DNA from: an uncultured Thermoplasmata archaeon
GTDB taxonomy: Archaea; Thermoplasmatota; DAOVMN01
Assembly (NCBI GenBank): GCA_964613025.1
Contig: CAZTGJ010000053.1
Location: forward strand, 1-14,492
Direction: 5' to 3'
DNA: 14,492 nucleotides
In this document: positions 1-6,728 of the stretch, piece after piece
Layout of the letters: each line of letters opens with the position of its first letter
Numbering within the stretch: position 1 is the first letter of the stretch
The notes under the pieces: generated by a model
Databases searched by the model: none
Told to the model about the DNA's origin: nothing
What the model saw: only the letters and a program-made list of their open reading frames with translations
Translations under genes and position numbers: made by a program

Positions 1-57
1 TGAAATGTGTACTTTCCAGTGTAGGAGGGCTTCAGATCACTGAACTCTTACCAGAGT

Positions 58-76
58 ACGAAAATTATTTATAGTG
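58..76 (+). promoter_or_regulatory. BRE/TATA-like promoter element cgaaaattatttatagtg
   Basis: AT-rich TATA-like octamer preceded by a purine-rich BRE-like cgaaa. A near-identical 16-bp motif recurs at 8518-8534 upstream of the MtnA-family gene. Lies ~35 bp upstream of a 38-codon small ORF (109-225) and ~175 bp upstream of CDS 251. Confidence 0.35.
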
Positions 77-250
77 GGAACTCGTTCGCTATTCGAAGCC
101 GGATAAAGATGCTGAATGCTACATTTGAAAACGTCAATAAGTTGAATGCTCTCTGGAAGAAAATAGGAGATAAGAATACTGATTTCAATCACAATCAGGA
201 AAATCAGGAAAACAAATTAGTATGAAAAGAGAAAATAAGGGGTTGATAGC

Positions 251-1168
251 ATGAGTGCGAGGATACGAAGCCAAAAGATCGCAACGAAGGAAATACCTGA
301 ATCTCTGGATCATGATGAGCTGGATGATTATATCCGCTATCAGGATGAAGTACTGGAAAGAAACGCTCAGGAACTTCGTGGTGTGATCGAGGAACATGAA
401 GAACAAATAGAAAAGCAGATGTTAGTTGGGGAAAGGCGTACCAAAGCTATGTATGTGAAGGATGACCCTCTCGATTCACTTGCTGACAAAATTCTCAGGA
501 ACATTGAGAGGATCGACGATAATATCGGAACGCGAATGGAAGAAATGGATCAGGATGCCGTCCGGTATATGAAAGAACTTGCGCAGAGAAATGCACAATG
601 GAGCATGCGCCTAAAAGAGGTGGATGCGAAAATCACCCGTTCCGCCAGATCCAAAAGTACTGTGGTTTGGAACGAAAGAATGGCACAAAAGGACCTCAAC
701 GAGAACTACGAACCGGTCTATTCCACCAATGATTACCCTGAAGCTGAAGTCTGGGATGCCGGCAGTACCGATGTCGAGGGCACACCTCAAAATCAGCAGG
801 GGGAGATGATCGAGATCGTGGAAGAGGTGCAAAGAAAACCCAGACGAAGGACTCAGACCGCAAAGCAACAACCCAGGAAAAAACCCCAATCAAAAAAACA
901 ATCACGTCAACAATCCAGAACAAGTCAACAAGCCAAGGCAAGACCACAGCCCCAGGCAAGGGAGAGGACCGTCAGGGAGGCCAAGGAGACCCAGTATCGA
1001 AAGCAGAAGACGCAATCGTATCAGCCAGCTATCAGTGCAACCAAGACTGCTACTGCATCATCCGGCACACAACAAAAAATCTATCCCTGTCCTTCCTGTC
1101 AGAAGCCACTGACATATTATGATAAATATCAGAGATGGTGGTGCCGTTCCTGCAAGAAATGGCGCTAA
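251..1168 (+). CDS. Hypothetical protein: acidic coiled-coil N-terminal region, basic Q/K/R-rich low-complexity linker, C-terminal CPxC-x12-WWCRSC zinc ribbon
   Basis: 305-aa ORF. Heptad-like charged helical N-terminal half, then a long Q/K/R-rich low-complexity segment (KPRRRTQTAKQQPRKKPQSKKQSRQQSR), then a terminal four-Cys motif (CPSC...CRSC). Weak SD (aagggg) 8 nt before the ATG. First gene of a tightly packed plus-strand cluster. No family recognised. Confidence 0.6.
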   Translation: MSARIRSQKIATKEIPESLDHDELDDYIRYQDEVLERNAQELRGVIEEHEEQIEKQMLVGERRTKAMYVKDDPLDSLADKILRNIERIDDNIGTRMEEMDQDAVRYMKELAQRNAQWSMRLKEVDAKITRSARSKSTVVWNERMAQKDLNENYEPVYSTNDYPEAEVWDAGSTDVEGTPQNQQGEMIEIVEEVQRKPRRRTQTAKQQPRKKPQSKKQSRQQSRTSQQAKARPQPQARERTVREAKETQYRKQKTQSYQPAISATKTATASSGTQQKIYPCPSCQKPLTYYDKYQRWWCRSCKKWR

Positions 1169-1188
1169 GGAGACGATGAGGTGATGGC

Positions 1189-1902
1189 ATGATTATGAAT
1201 GAACTGGCAAATGATGCATCATTTGATCTGTTGGTGTCAGCAGACGACCTTAACCGTGAAGGGCTATTCAGGAAGCTGAACCAGTTGAACATGGCGCATC
1301 ATCTCCTTCTAAGCCGAAGTGATGAAGCAATGAAGGAGCTGGGGAAATCAGAATATGAGCGATTGGTGGAAAACCTGGAGAGCACGATCGGAACCGCAGA
1401 ATCATTTCATGCGTTCCTCGTGGAGAACAGGATCGCCCTTGATGAGGTGATGAGCAACATGAATGCCATGATTTTCGGAAGGATATCCGATATGGTTGAT
1501 ATGTTTGAGGAATACATCACTCAGGAGGATCCCCTGAAGGATACCATCCTGCAGTTGGTACCCTTCGTCCTGTCCGCATTTTCCGAGAAATCATACATCT
1601 CCAGTGCGGAGATCGGGCAGAAGGGGATCCTCAGGAGTCATGCACTGACAGTCTACTCGGACATCTATTCCTTTGTGAAGACGCACAGAACGCACACCAC
1701 GAAGGCACATACCAACACAGAGGATGCTAAACAGACGGCCCACATGATGCAGGAGCTCTATTCCGCTCTGGACGGTTCAGTTGGAGAGAAGCATGGATTG
1801 TACCTCTTTGCAGGATTATATCTCACCATGTACAATCTCAGAGCAGGAGAAATTTTAAATATGGTGAATCATAAATCAACAAACACATCAGCGGAGGTAT
1901 AA
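1189..1902 (+). CDS. Hypothetical alpha-helical protein, translationally coupled to neighbours
   Basis: 237-aa ORF starting 20 nt after the stop of the previous gene. Strong SD gaggtgat (1178-1185) matches the archaeal anti-SD. Its last codons contain the SD (ggaggt, 1893-1898) of the next gene. No recognisable domain. Confidence 0.55.
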   Translation: MIMNELANDASFDLLVSADDLNREGLFRKLNQLNMAHHLLLSRSDEAMKELGKSEYERLVENLESTIGTAESFHAFLVENRIALDEVMSNMNAMIFGRISDMVDMFEEYITQEDPLKDTILQLVPFVLSAFSEKSYISSAEIGQKGILRSHALTVYSDIYSFVKTHRTHTTKAHTNTEDAKQTAHMMQELYSALDGSVGEKHGLYLFAGLYLTMYNLRAGEILNMVNHKSTNTSAEV

Positions 1903-1904
1903 AA

Positions 1905-2834
1905 ATGGGAATATTTGTCACATTGTTTATCATCGGGCTTATCCTTTCAATTGTTATGATCGGCCTGAGTTTCGTGGGCGATTTCGATCTCTTTGGCGCC
2001 GATTTTGATATTGATGTGGACGTTGACGGGGATGTGGATTTCGATCTTGATAGTGATATGGATTTCGACACCGATGTGGATGGCGTGGATCACGATGTTG
2101 GTTTCTCCTTCATGAGTCCCTATATGATCGCATTTCTTCTTATGGGCGTTGGGATGGGGGGAACATACCTTGAGGATTACACAGATTTCAATGCACCGGT
2201 CGTCAATGTCGGAGCACTGGTTATTGGGTTCATTATTGCCCTTGTCCTCCAGAAGATGTTCAGATTGTACTTTGTGGCGTCTCAGGCAAATGACCTGGTG
2301 AGGAACAAGGATTTCAGCGGATCCATTGGGGTGGTTACACTCAGAATCCCAAAGGACGATATCGGAGAAGTTGCTGTAATCACCAAGATGGGACGAATTA
2401 AAATGGCTGCCCGTGCAAAGCAATACCTGCCAGAAGGCACAAAGGTCAGGGTCAACGAAAAACTTGGAAATACATTGAGAGTTGAGCCCATGGAGGAGAT
2501 CCCAGTTGATGAAAATGCATCCAAACCAGAAGATGAAAAAGGGGAGGATTCTGGGACATCACAACTGGAGGAATCCATAAAAGAATCAGTGAAAGAAGAA
2601 GAAAGTGATTTCACGTTCGAAGCGTATCGCAAGAAGGAGGAAGCAAAGAAACCAACGGTGATCTATGACCAGAGAAATATCACTATTAAGGATAGTGTCA
2701 TCAATCGATCGGATTTTTCAGAACTCGGGAATGGGAACGGAATTGAAAAATCTCCCAGTGAGTTAAAGAAGGAAATGAAGAAACAGATCGCCGATGAACT
2801 GTTCTCAAGTGATGATGATAAGAATAATGAGTGA
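1905..2834 (+). CDS. NfeD-like membrane protein (two TM helices and a C-terminal OB-fold/NfeD beta-barrel), with an unusual (Asp-hydrophobic)n repeat loop and an acidic C-terminal tail
   Basis: N-terminal TM helix (IFVTLFIIGLILSIVMIGLSFV), second TM (MIAFLLMGVGMGG...VGALVIGFIIALVL), then GSIGVVTLRIPKDDIGEVAVITKMGRIKMAARA...GTKVRV, typical of the short NfeD/YuaF OB-fold domain. Sits immediately upstream of a flotillin gene, its canonical partner. SD ggaggt is 6 nt upstream. Start is 2 nt after the previous stop. Confidence 0.75.
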   Translation: MGIFVTLFIIGLILSIVMIGLSFVGDFDLFGADFDIDVDVDGDVDFDLDSDMDFDTDVDGVDHDVGFSFMSPYMIAFLLMGVGMGGTYLEDYTDFNAPVVNVGALVIGFIIALVLQKMFRLYFVASQANDLVRNKDFSGSIGVVTLRIPKDDIGEVAVITKMGRIKMAARAKQYLPEGTKVRVNEKLGNTLRVEPMEEIPVDENASKPEDEKGEDSGTSQLEESIKESVKEEESDFTFEAYRKKEEAKKPTVIYDQRNITIKDSVINRSDFSELGNGNGIEKSPSELKKEMKKQIADELFSSDDDKNNE

Positions 2835-2838
2835 AGCT

Positions 2839-2952
2839 CAAAATGATGAATAAAATACAAAATGATGAATAAAATACAAAATGATGAATAAAATTCAAAA
2901 TGATGAATAAAATTCAAAATGATGAATGAAACTCAAATAATGAATGAAATTA
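2839..2952. repeat. 19-bp tandem repeat x6 (caaaatgatgaataaaata), A-rich purine strand
   Basis: Exact 19-bp period at 2839, 2858, 2877, 2896, 2915 and 2934, with copies decaying toward the 3' end. Starts 4 nt after the nfeD stop codon. Units abut directly, with no spacers. Confidence 0.85.
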
Positions 2953-3066
2953 CCAATCGAAACAATGCGTGAACAATAAATGATACAATGAATATTGATT
3001 GGAGGTAAATAACCTAGAAAAAATCGTGGTGAGAAAGCTCACAATAAAACACAGGAGGAATAAGGA

Positions 3067-4545
3067 ATGATAATTGAAATGGCAATTGTACTAATTTTTG
3101 TTGTGGTATTTGCTGTACTCGCTTTCAATAGCAGATATGTCAAAGTACCACCGAACAAAGCGATGATCGTCTATGGTAAGAAGGACCGTTCCGGACAGGG
3201 TATGCAGATTCAGGCCAGCGGCGGCCGGTTCATCTGGCCGATCATTCAATCATGGGCCTGGCTTGACCTTGGTATCACCACCCTCAACATCTCTGTCACC
3301 GATGTGGTGACAAAAGAGGGTGTCATGCTCGATGTCGAAGCTGTGACCCAGACCCAGATAGATCCCCAGGAGGATTCTCTGAAGACCGCCTCCATGATGC
3401 TCTTGCAGAAGAGCAACGAGGAGATCGAGTATGTAGCCCAGAAGACCTTAGAGGGTCATGTCAGGGGTGTCTGTGCAACCCTGACCATCGAGCAGATCAA
3501 CGCCGACAGGGCCGCAGTTTCCGAGCAGATCCTGAAGGTGGCTGTCGAGGACCTGAAGAACATGGGTCTCAACGTTGTCTCCTTTACTATCAGGGATCTG
3601 AAGGACCAGGTTGGATATTTGCTTGCCATGGGTAAGCGCAGAACATCCGAGGTCAAGAGAGACGCGATCATCGGTCAGGCCAACGCCAACATGGAGGCTC
3701 AGAAGCAGTCCGCGGTTCGTGCGAAAGAAGGAGATATCGCAGAGGCCGAGGCCGTTACCAAGACCAGAGAGGCTCAGGCCCTCAGGGACAAGCTCACCCA
3801 GGAGTACGAGACCGAGGTGGAGAACGCCAAGGCTATCAAGGAACAAAGGTACGATATCTCCAAGCAGGAGGAACTGAAGAAGCTTGTCCAGGCTGAAATG
3901 GAGAAGAAGATCCTCGAAAGGGAAAAGCAGATCGAACTCGCCGAGAAGGAAATGATCCGTATGGAGCGGGAACAGGATGCTTCGATCAGGGTTCCTGCCA
4001 AGGCAAAGGCCGATCAGGAGGCCTTCATAGCTGATGGTAACGCCCGTGCTCTCATGGAGCGCGGTACTGCCGAGGCAGACGTGGTGAAGATCAAGGGTAA
4101 GGCTGATGCCGACGTTGACTTCATGCGCGGTGAGGCCGAGGCCAACGTGGAAAAGGTCCAGGGTATTGCCCAGGCAGATGTCATACGGGCCAAGGGTCTC
4201 GCTGAAGCCGAGGCCATCAAGGCAAAAGGTCTTGCAGAAGCCGAAGCAATGAACAAAAAAGCCGAGGCCTGGAAGGAGTACGGAAGCGCAGCCATCGCCC
4301 AGATCGTGGTGGACAAGCTCCCAGAAGTGGCCGAGAAGCTCGCCCTGCCCCTTGAGAACACCGAGAAGCTCATCATCATGGGCTCGGAAAGCGGTGGTTC
4401 CCGTTTGGTGGCAGACAGTGTGAACTCCCTGGTCCAGATATCAGGTCTTATGGAATCCCTGACCGGTGTCGATCTCACTGACGTGGGAAAGAACCTGCTC
4501 TCCATGAACGAGAGAAAAGGGAAAAAGGTCGATATTATTCAGTAG
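3067..4545 (+). CDS. Flotillin-like SPFH/band-7 domain protein (FloT/YuaG-type)
   Basis: 492-aa ORF with an N-terminal membrane anchor (MAIVLIFVVVFAVLAF), an SPFH core (VPPNKAMIVYGKK...GVMLDVEAVTQTQID...TIEQINADRAAVSEQI) and a C-terminal flotillin-type EA-rich coiled-coil repeats (KGLAEAEAIKAKGLAEAEAMNKKAEAWKEYG). SD aggagg (3053-3058) is 8 nt upstream. Confidence 0.9.
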   Translation: MIIEMAIVLIFVVVFAVLAFNSRYVKVPPNKAMIVYGKKDRSGQGMQIQASGGRFIWPIIQSWAWLDLGITTLNISVTDVVTKEGVMLDVEAVTQTQIDPQEDSLKTASMMLLQKSNEEIEYVAQKTLEGHVRGVCATLTIEQINADRAAVSEQILKVAVEDLKNMGLNVVSFTIRDLKDQVGYLLAMGKRRTSEVKRDAIIGQANANMEAQKQSAVRAKEGDIAEAEAVTKTREAQALRDKLTQEYETEVENAKAIKEQRYDISKQEELKKLVQAEMEKKILEREKQIELAEKEMIRMEREQDASIRVPAKAKADQEAFIADGNARALMERGTAEADVVKIKGKADADVDFMRGEAEANVEKVQGIAQADVIRAKGLAEAEAIKAKGLAEAEAMNKKAEAWKEYGSAAIAQIVVDKLPEVAEKLALPLENTEKLIIMGSESGGSRLVADSVNSLVQISGLMESLTGVDLTDVGKNLLSMNERKGKKVDIIQ

Positions 4546-4564
4546 GCCAGGCACATTCGATCCA

Positions 4565-4594
4565 GGGGCGAAAGCCCCGATTTTCATTTTTTCC
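4565..4594 (+). terminator. Hairpin GGGGC-gaaa-GCCCC followed by a T-rich run
   Basis: Perfect 5-bp GC stem with GAAA tetraloop at 4565-4578, then gattttcattttttcc. Lies 20 nt after the flotillin stop. Oligo-T is the archaeal termination signal. Confidence 0.5.
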
Positions 4595-4710
4595 TTTCAC
4601 TTTTCTTACATTTGTTTATATTTTCCCTTTCGATTTTCTTACATTTATTCATATTTTTCCTTTCAATTTTCTTACATTTATTCATATTTTTCCTTTCATC
4701 ATTTTTCTCC
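4593..4710. repeat. ~34-bp tandem repeat x~3.4, pyrimidine-rich on the plus strand (cctttcaattttcttacatttattcatattttt)
   Basis: Copies start at 4593, 4625, 4659 and 4692 (partial). The ORF-track ORF 4612-4935 is the translation of this and the following repeat block. Confidence 0.75.
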
Positions 4711-4736
4711 AACTACTCGATTCCATCATACGAACT

Positions 4737-4900
4737 TTTTTCTCATTTTCTTTCACCCCTCACTCTTTCCCTTTTCCCTCTCTCCACTTTTTCCTCATTT
4801 TCTTTCACTCCCTCACTCTACACCCCTCTTTCTTCTCCCCACACTTTCCTCATTTTCCTTTCATCCTCTCACTCTCCTTCCCTTCTCCCACCACACCTAC
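4737..4900. repeat. ~52-bp degenerate tandem repeat x3, C/T-only on the plus strand (ttttcctcattttctttcac.cc.cactct...)
   Basis: Three related copies starting near 4737, 4789 and 4843. Only two G residues on the plus strand across ~245 nt. Confidence 0.6.
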
Positions 4901-4903
4901 TTG

Positions 4904-4983
4904 CCCCCACCCACCCACCCTCCCCACCATCATAACCGCTACCCCCCTCACCACTTCCTTCACCCACATCCACCCCCCACCCC
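4904..4983 (-). other. C-run cluster on the plus strand, giving a G-quadruplex motif on the minus strand (GGGGAGGGTGGGTGGGTGGGGG) and an i-motif on the plus strand
   Basis: C5-A-C3-A-C3-A-C3-T-C4 at 4904-4925, with further C6 runs at 4942-4947 and 4972-4977, read directly from the sequence. Lies ~120-200 bp upstream of CDS 5102. Confidence 0.55.
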
Positions 4984-5101
4984 GGATAAAATAAAATATG
5001 GAAATCTTCAAGAAGAAAAATTATTCAATAAAAGATATAAGCTCCACATCTTTTAGGCGACACACGAAAAGTTTTAATCATGGATACATACGGAGGTACA
5101 G

Positions 5102-6115
5102 ATGCCTGATACCCTTTCCAAAAGTCAGATTCGGAACATCATGAGGGCTGAGCACAAATCCTCGGGGATCACCAAGATCAATCCCGGGCTCTACCGTGCT
5201 CTCAACCAATACCTTCAGAAGCTACATGAGGCCTACCTCAAGGCCCATGCCGAAAACAAGACCCAGAAAGCCCTGACCCTCACCAAGGAGATTACGGATA
5301 CGGAACGGGATATCAGCACCATCTACGAGCTCAGGGAACGGAAACTTCTGCTCATGGCCCAGGACATCGTTCGGGGGGGTGCCCCCTCACTGAAATATCT
5401 GTTCCCCGGGGAAAAGCTGCTCTTATTACGGCTATCCTCGATCCTGCTCGAGACCCGGAAGGACATCTCCATCGATTTCCATTCTCATGTTGACAGATAC
5501 ATCAAGACCATTGCAAAGGAGTACGATCTCGAACGAACGCTCTACTCACCCTTCCATCCCACGGATCCCTTCTGTGAAGACCTTACGAAACCTCAATCTC
5601 CCCCAGTGAATGCAGATACAGATATTTCTTCTCTACCACCGCCCCCACCTCCATCTTCTCCCACCTCAACCTCCACCCCCACTGGTGAGAGCATATCACA
5701 GGAATCCAACCTATCAGCAGATATTTCCAAAACCCCGGAACCAGACGAAAAAGGGGAAGCGGAACCAGCACCAGGGAACGACGTATTGGGAAGAGCTGAT
5801 GATACAGAGAACATCACAAATGCAGCTCCATCCGATGACGTGAGATCTGACCCATCTAATGAGTCTGCCAGCGAACAGCAAAATGAACTCGAGGAAGATG
5901 GGGAGGATGATGACGACGAGTCCGTGGATTTCCTCAAGGACTATGCTGTGGCCGGGACCCTGGAATCCATACCCCAGTTCCGGGCAGATGATCTCCATGA
6001 TTACCGGTTCGAGGAAGGGGAGGTCATCACTCTCCCCCTGAAGATGGCAGAGCTTCTCGAAAAGCAGGGGAAACTCTTCATCGTTGATATGGAGAAAAAG
6101 CAGGGATCAGGCTGA
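5102..6115 (+). CDS. Probable GINS subunit Gins51 (Sld5/Psf1-like), with a ~130-aa acidic/proline-rich disordered insert between the A and B domains
   Basis: The N-terminus (LSKSQIRNIMRAEHKSSGITKINPGLYRALNQYLQKLHE...IYELRERKLLLMAQ...LFPGEKLLLLRLSSILLETR) follows the archaeal Gins51 A-domain pattern as recalled from memory. The C-terminus (YRFEEGEVITLPLKMAELLEKQGKL) resembles the Gins51 B domain (Y.l.kgDvvtLP...A..Li..G.a). The middle (PPPPPPSSPTSTSTPTGE...EEDGEDDDDES) is low complexity. SD ggaggt is 7 nt upstream. Not verified by search. Confidence 0.5.
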   Translation: MPDTLSKSQIRNIMRAEHKSSGITKINPGLYRALNQYLQKLHEAYLKAHAENKTQKALTLTKEITDTERDISTIYELRERKLLLMAQDIVRGGAPSLKYLFPGEKLLLLRLSSILLETRKDISIDFHSHVDRYIKTIAKEYDLERTLYSPFHPTDPFCEDLTKPQSPPVNADTDISSLPPPPPPSSPTSTSTPTGESISQESNLSADISKTPEPDEKGEAEPAPGNDVLGRADDTENITNAAPSDDVRSDPSNESASEQQNELEEDGEDDDDESVDFLKDYAVAGTLESIPQFRADDLHDYRFEEGEVITLPLKMAELLEKQGKLFIVDMEKKQGSG

Positions 6116-6265
6116 AACGAAGGTTGAGTTCAGCAGTTCTGGTTAACTGATCGTGAACCTTCAAGCTGACACTTGGGAGATGGATCACTGGGCAATAATG
6201 AATTGTCCCTGCAAGAAAACTGAATGAAAAAGGAGTGATGATCGGGGTGAAAGTGAAGTAGTGGA

Positions 6266-6481
6266 TCAGGCGGGAACGATGGTCACGACATTGTTCCCAC
6301 GAAGGATGACCTTCCCCATCTTCTTCACGATGTCGTCCTTTGTCTCCTGGGTATTGTCGAGGACCATGTTCATGTACTCGTCGAATCCGATGAGCACACC
6401 TTCCAGCACACGACCGTCCTTCAGGAGCAGGGACATTTTCTTGTTGAGATTGCGTTCCAGAATATTGATGGGCATTACCAT
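6266..6481 (-). CDS. Sm-like archaeal protein (LSm/SmAP)
   Basis: C-terminal 70 residues MPINILERNLNKKMSLLLKDGRVLEGVLIGFDEYMNMVLDNTQETKDDIVKKMGKVILRGNNVVTIVPA show the Sm1/Sm2 pattern (Sm1 LLLKDGRVLEGVLIGFDEYMNMVL, Sm2 GKVILRGNNVVTI). Start placed at Met52 (6479-6481; Met54 at 6473-6475 also possible) because a TATA box lies inside the longer 122-aa ORF. Confidence 0.8.
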   Translation of the reverse strand: MVMPINILERNLNKKMSLLLKDGRVLEGVLIGFDEYMNMVLDNTQETKDDIVKKMGKVILRGNNVVTIVPA

Positions 6482-6502
6482 AGGCTGTGTAGTTCCGATT
6501 AC

Positions 6503-6517
6503 TCTTTTATAATTGTC
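6503..6517 (-). promoter_or_regulatory. TATA box (aattataaaag on the minus strand) ~29 bp upstream of the Sm-like start; leaderless transcript likely
   Basis: Plus strand cttttataatt at 6503-6515. The TATA-to-ATG distance fits a TSS at or near the start codon. Confidence 0.5.
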
Positions 6518-6574
6518 GTAGGGGAAACCGGAGTGTGACACGAATCGCGTATGAATATCTCTATTGAAATAAGA

Positions 6575-6700
6575 TGTGGCAGGGTGGGGGGGAGGGGAGA
6601 GGGTGGTGTGAGCCCAGGTTTTGGTGGGGAACACATGGGGATATGTTTTGTTGTGTGCATGAAGGGTGGAGTGAGGGGAAACGGGAAGGAGGATTGGGAG
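6575..6700 (+). other. G-rich purine block with a G-quadruplex motif (GGG T GGGGGGG A GGGG AGA GGG, 6582-6603) on the plus strand
   Basis: Read directly. Lies between the PQQ gene stop (6729) and the Sm promoter. ORF-track ORFs 6551-6760 and 6574-6912 are G-rich low-complexity artefacts of this block. Confidence 0.5.
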
Positions 6701-6728
6701 GTCAGATCACTGCAAGAAATGACAACAT

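Noticed and set aside
2663-2917. Minus-strand ORFs 2663-2917 and 2701-2898 (MNFIHHFEFYSSFCILFIIL...)
   Set aside because: They are translations of the reverse complement of the 19-bp tandem array (periodic HHFEF/ILFIIL) and overlap the nfeD 3' end. Artefact.
2839-2952. Possible CRISPR array or C/D-box sRNA cluster
   Set aside because: Repeat units abut with no spacers and there are no cas genes, so it is not CRISPR. Each unit has a C-box-like AUGAUGA but there is no D box (CUGA) or terminal stem, so it is not a C/D sRNA.
3448-4505. Antisense ORFs inside flotillin (3448-3846, 3774-4001, 4014-4505) and the plus-frame-shifted ORF 3611-3877
   Set aside because: They lie fully within a confidently identified CDS. 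They are Ala/Ser/Arg-rich mirror translations of the EA-repeat region.
4612-4935. 107-aa plus-strand ORF (MFIFSLSIFLHLFIFF...PPHLLAPTHPPSPPS)
   Set aside because: It is the in-frame translation of the pyrimidine tandem repeats and C-runs. It has extreme low complexity, no start context and repeat-periodic sequence. Not a gene.
6482-6634. N-terminal 51-aa extension of the Sm-like ORF (MFPTKTWAHTTLSPPPHPATSYF...)
   Set aside because: Sm similarity starts at Met52/54. The extension is encoded by the G-rich block and contains the TATA box for the gene.
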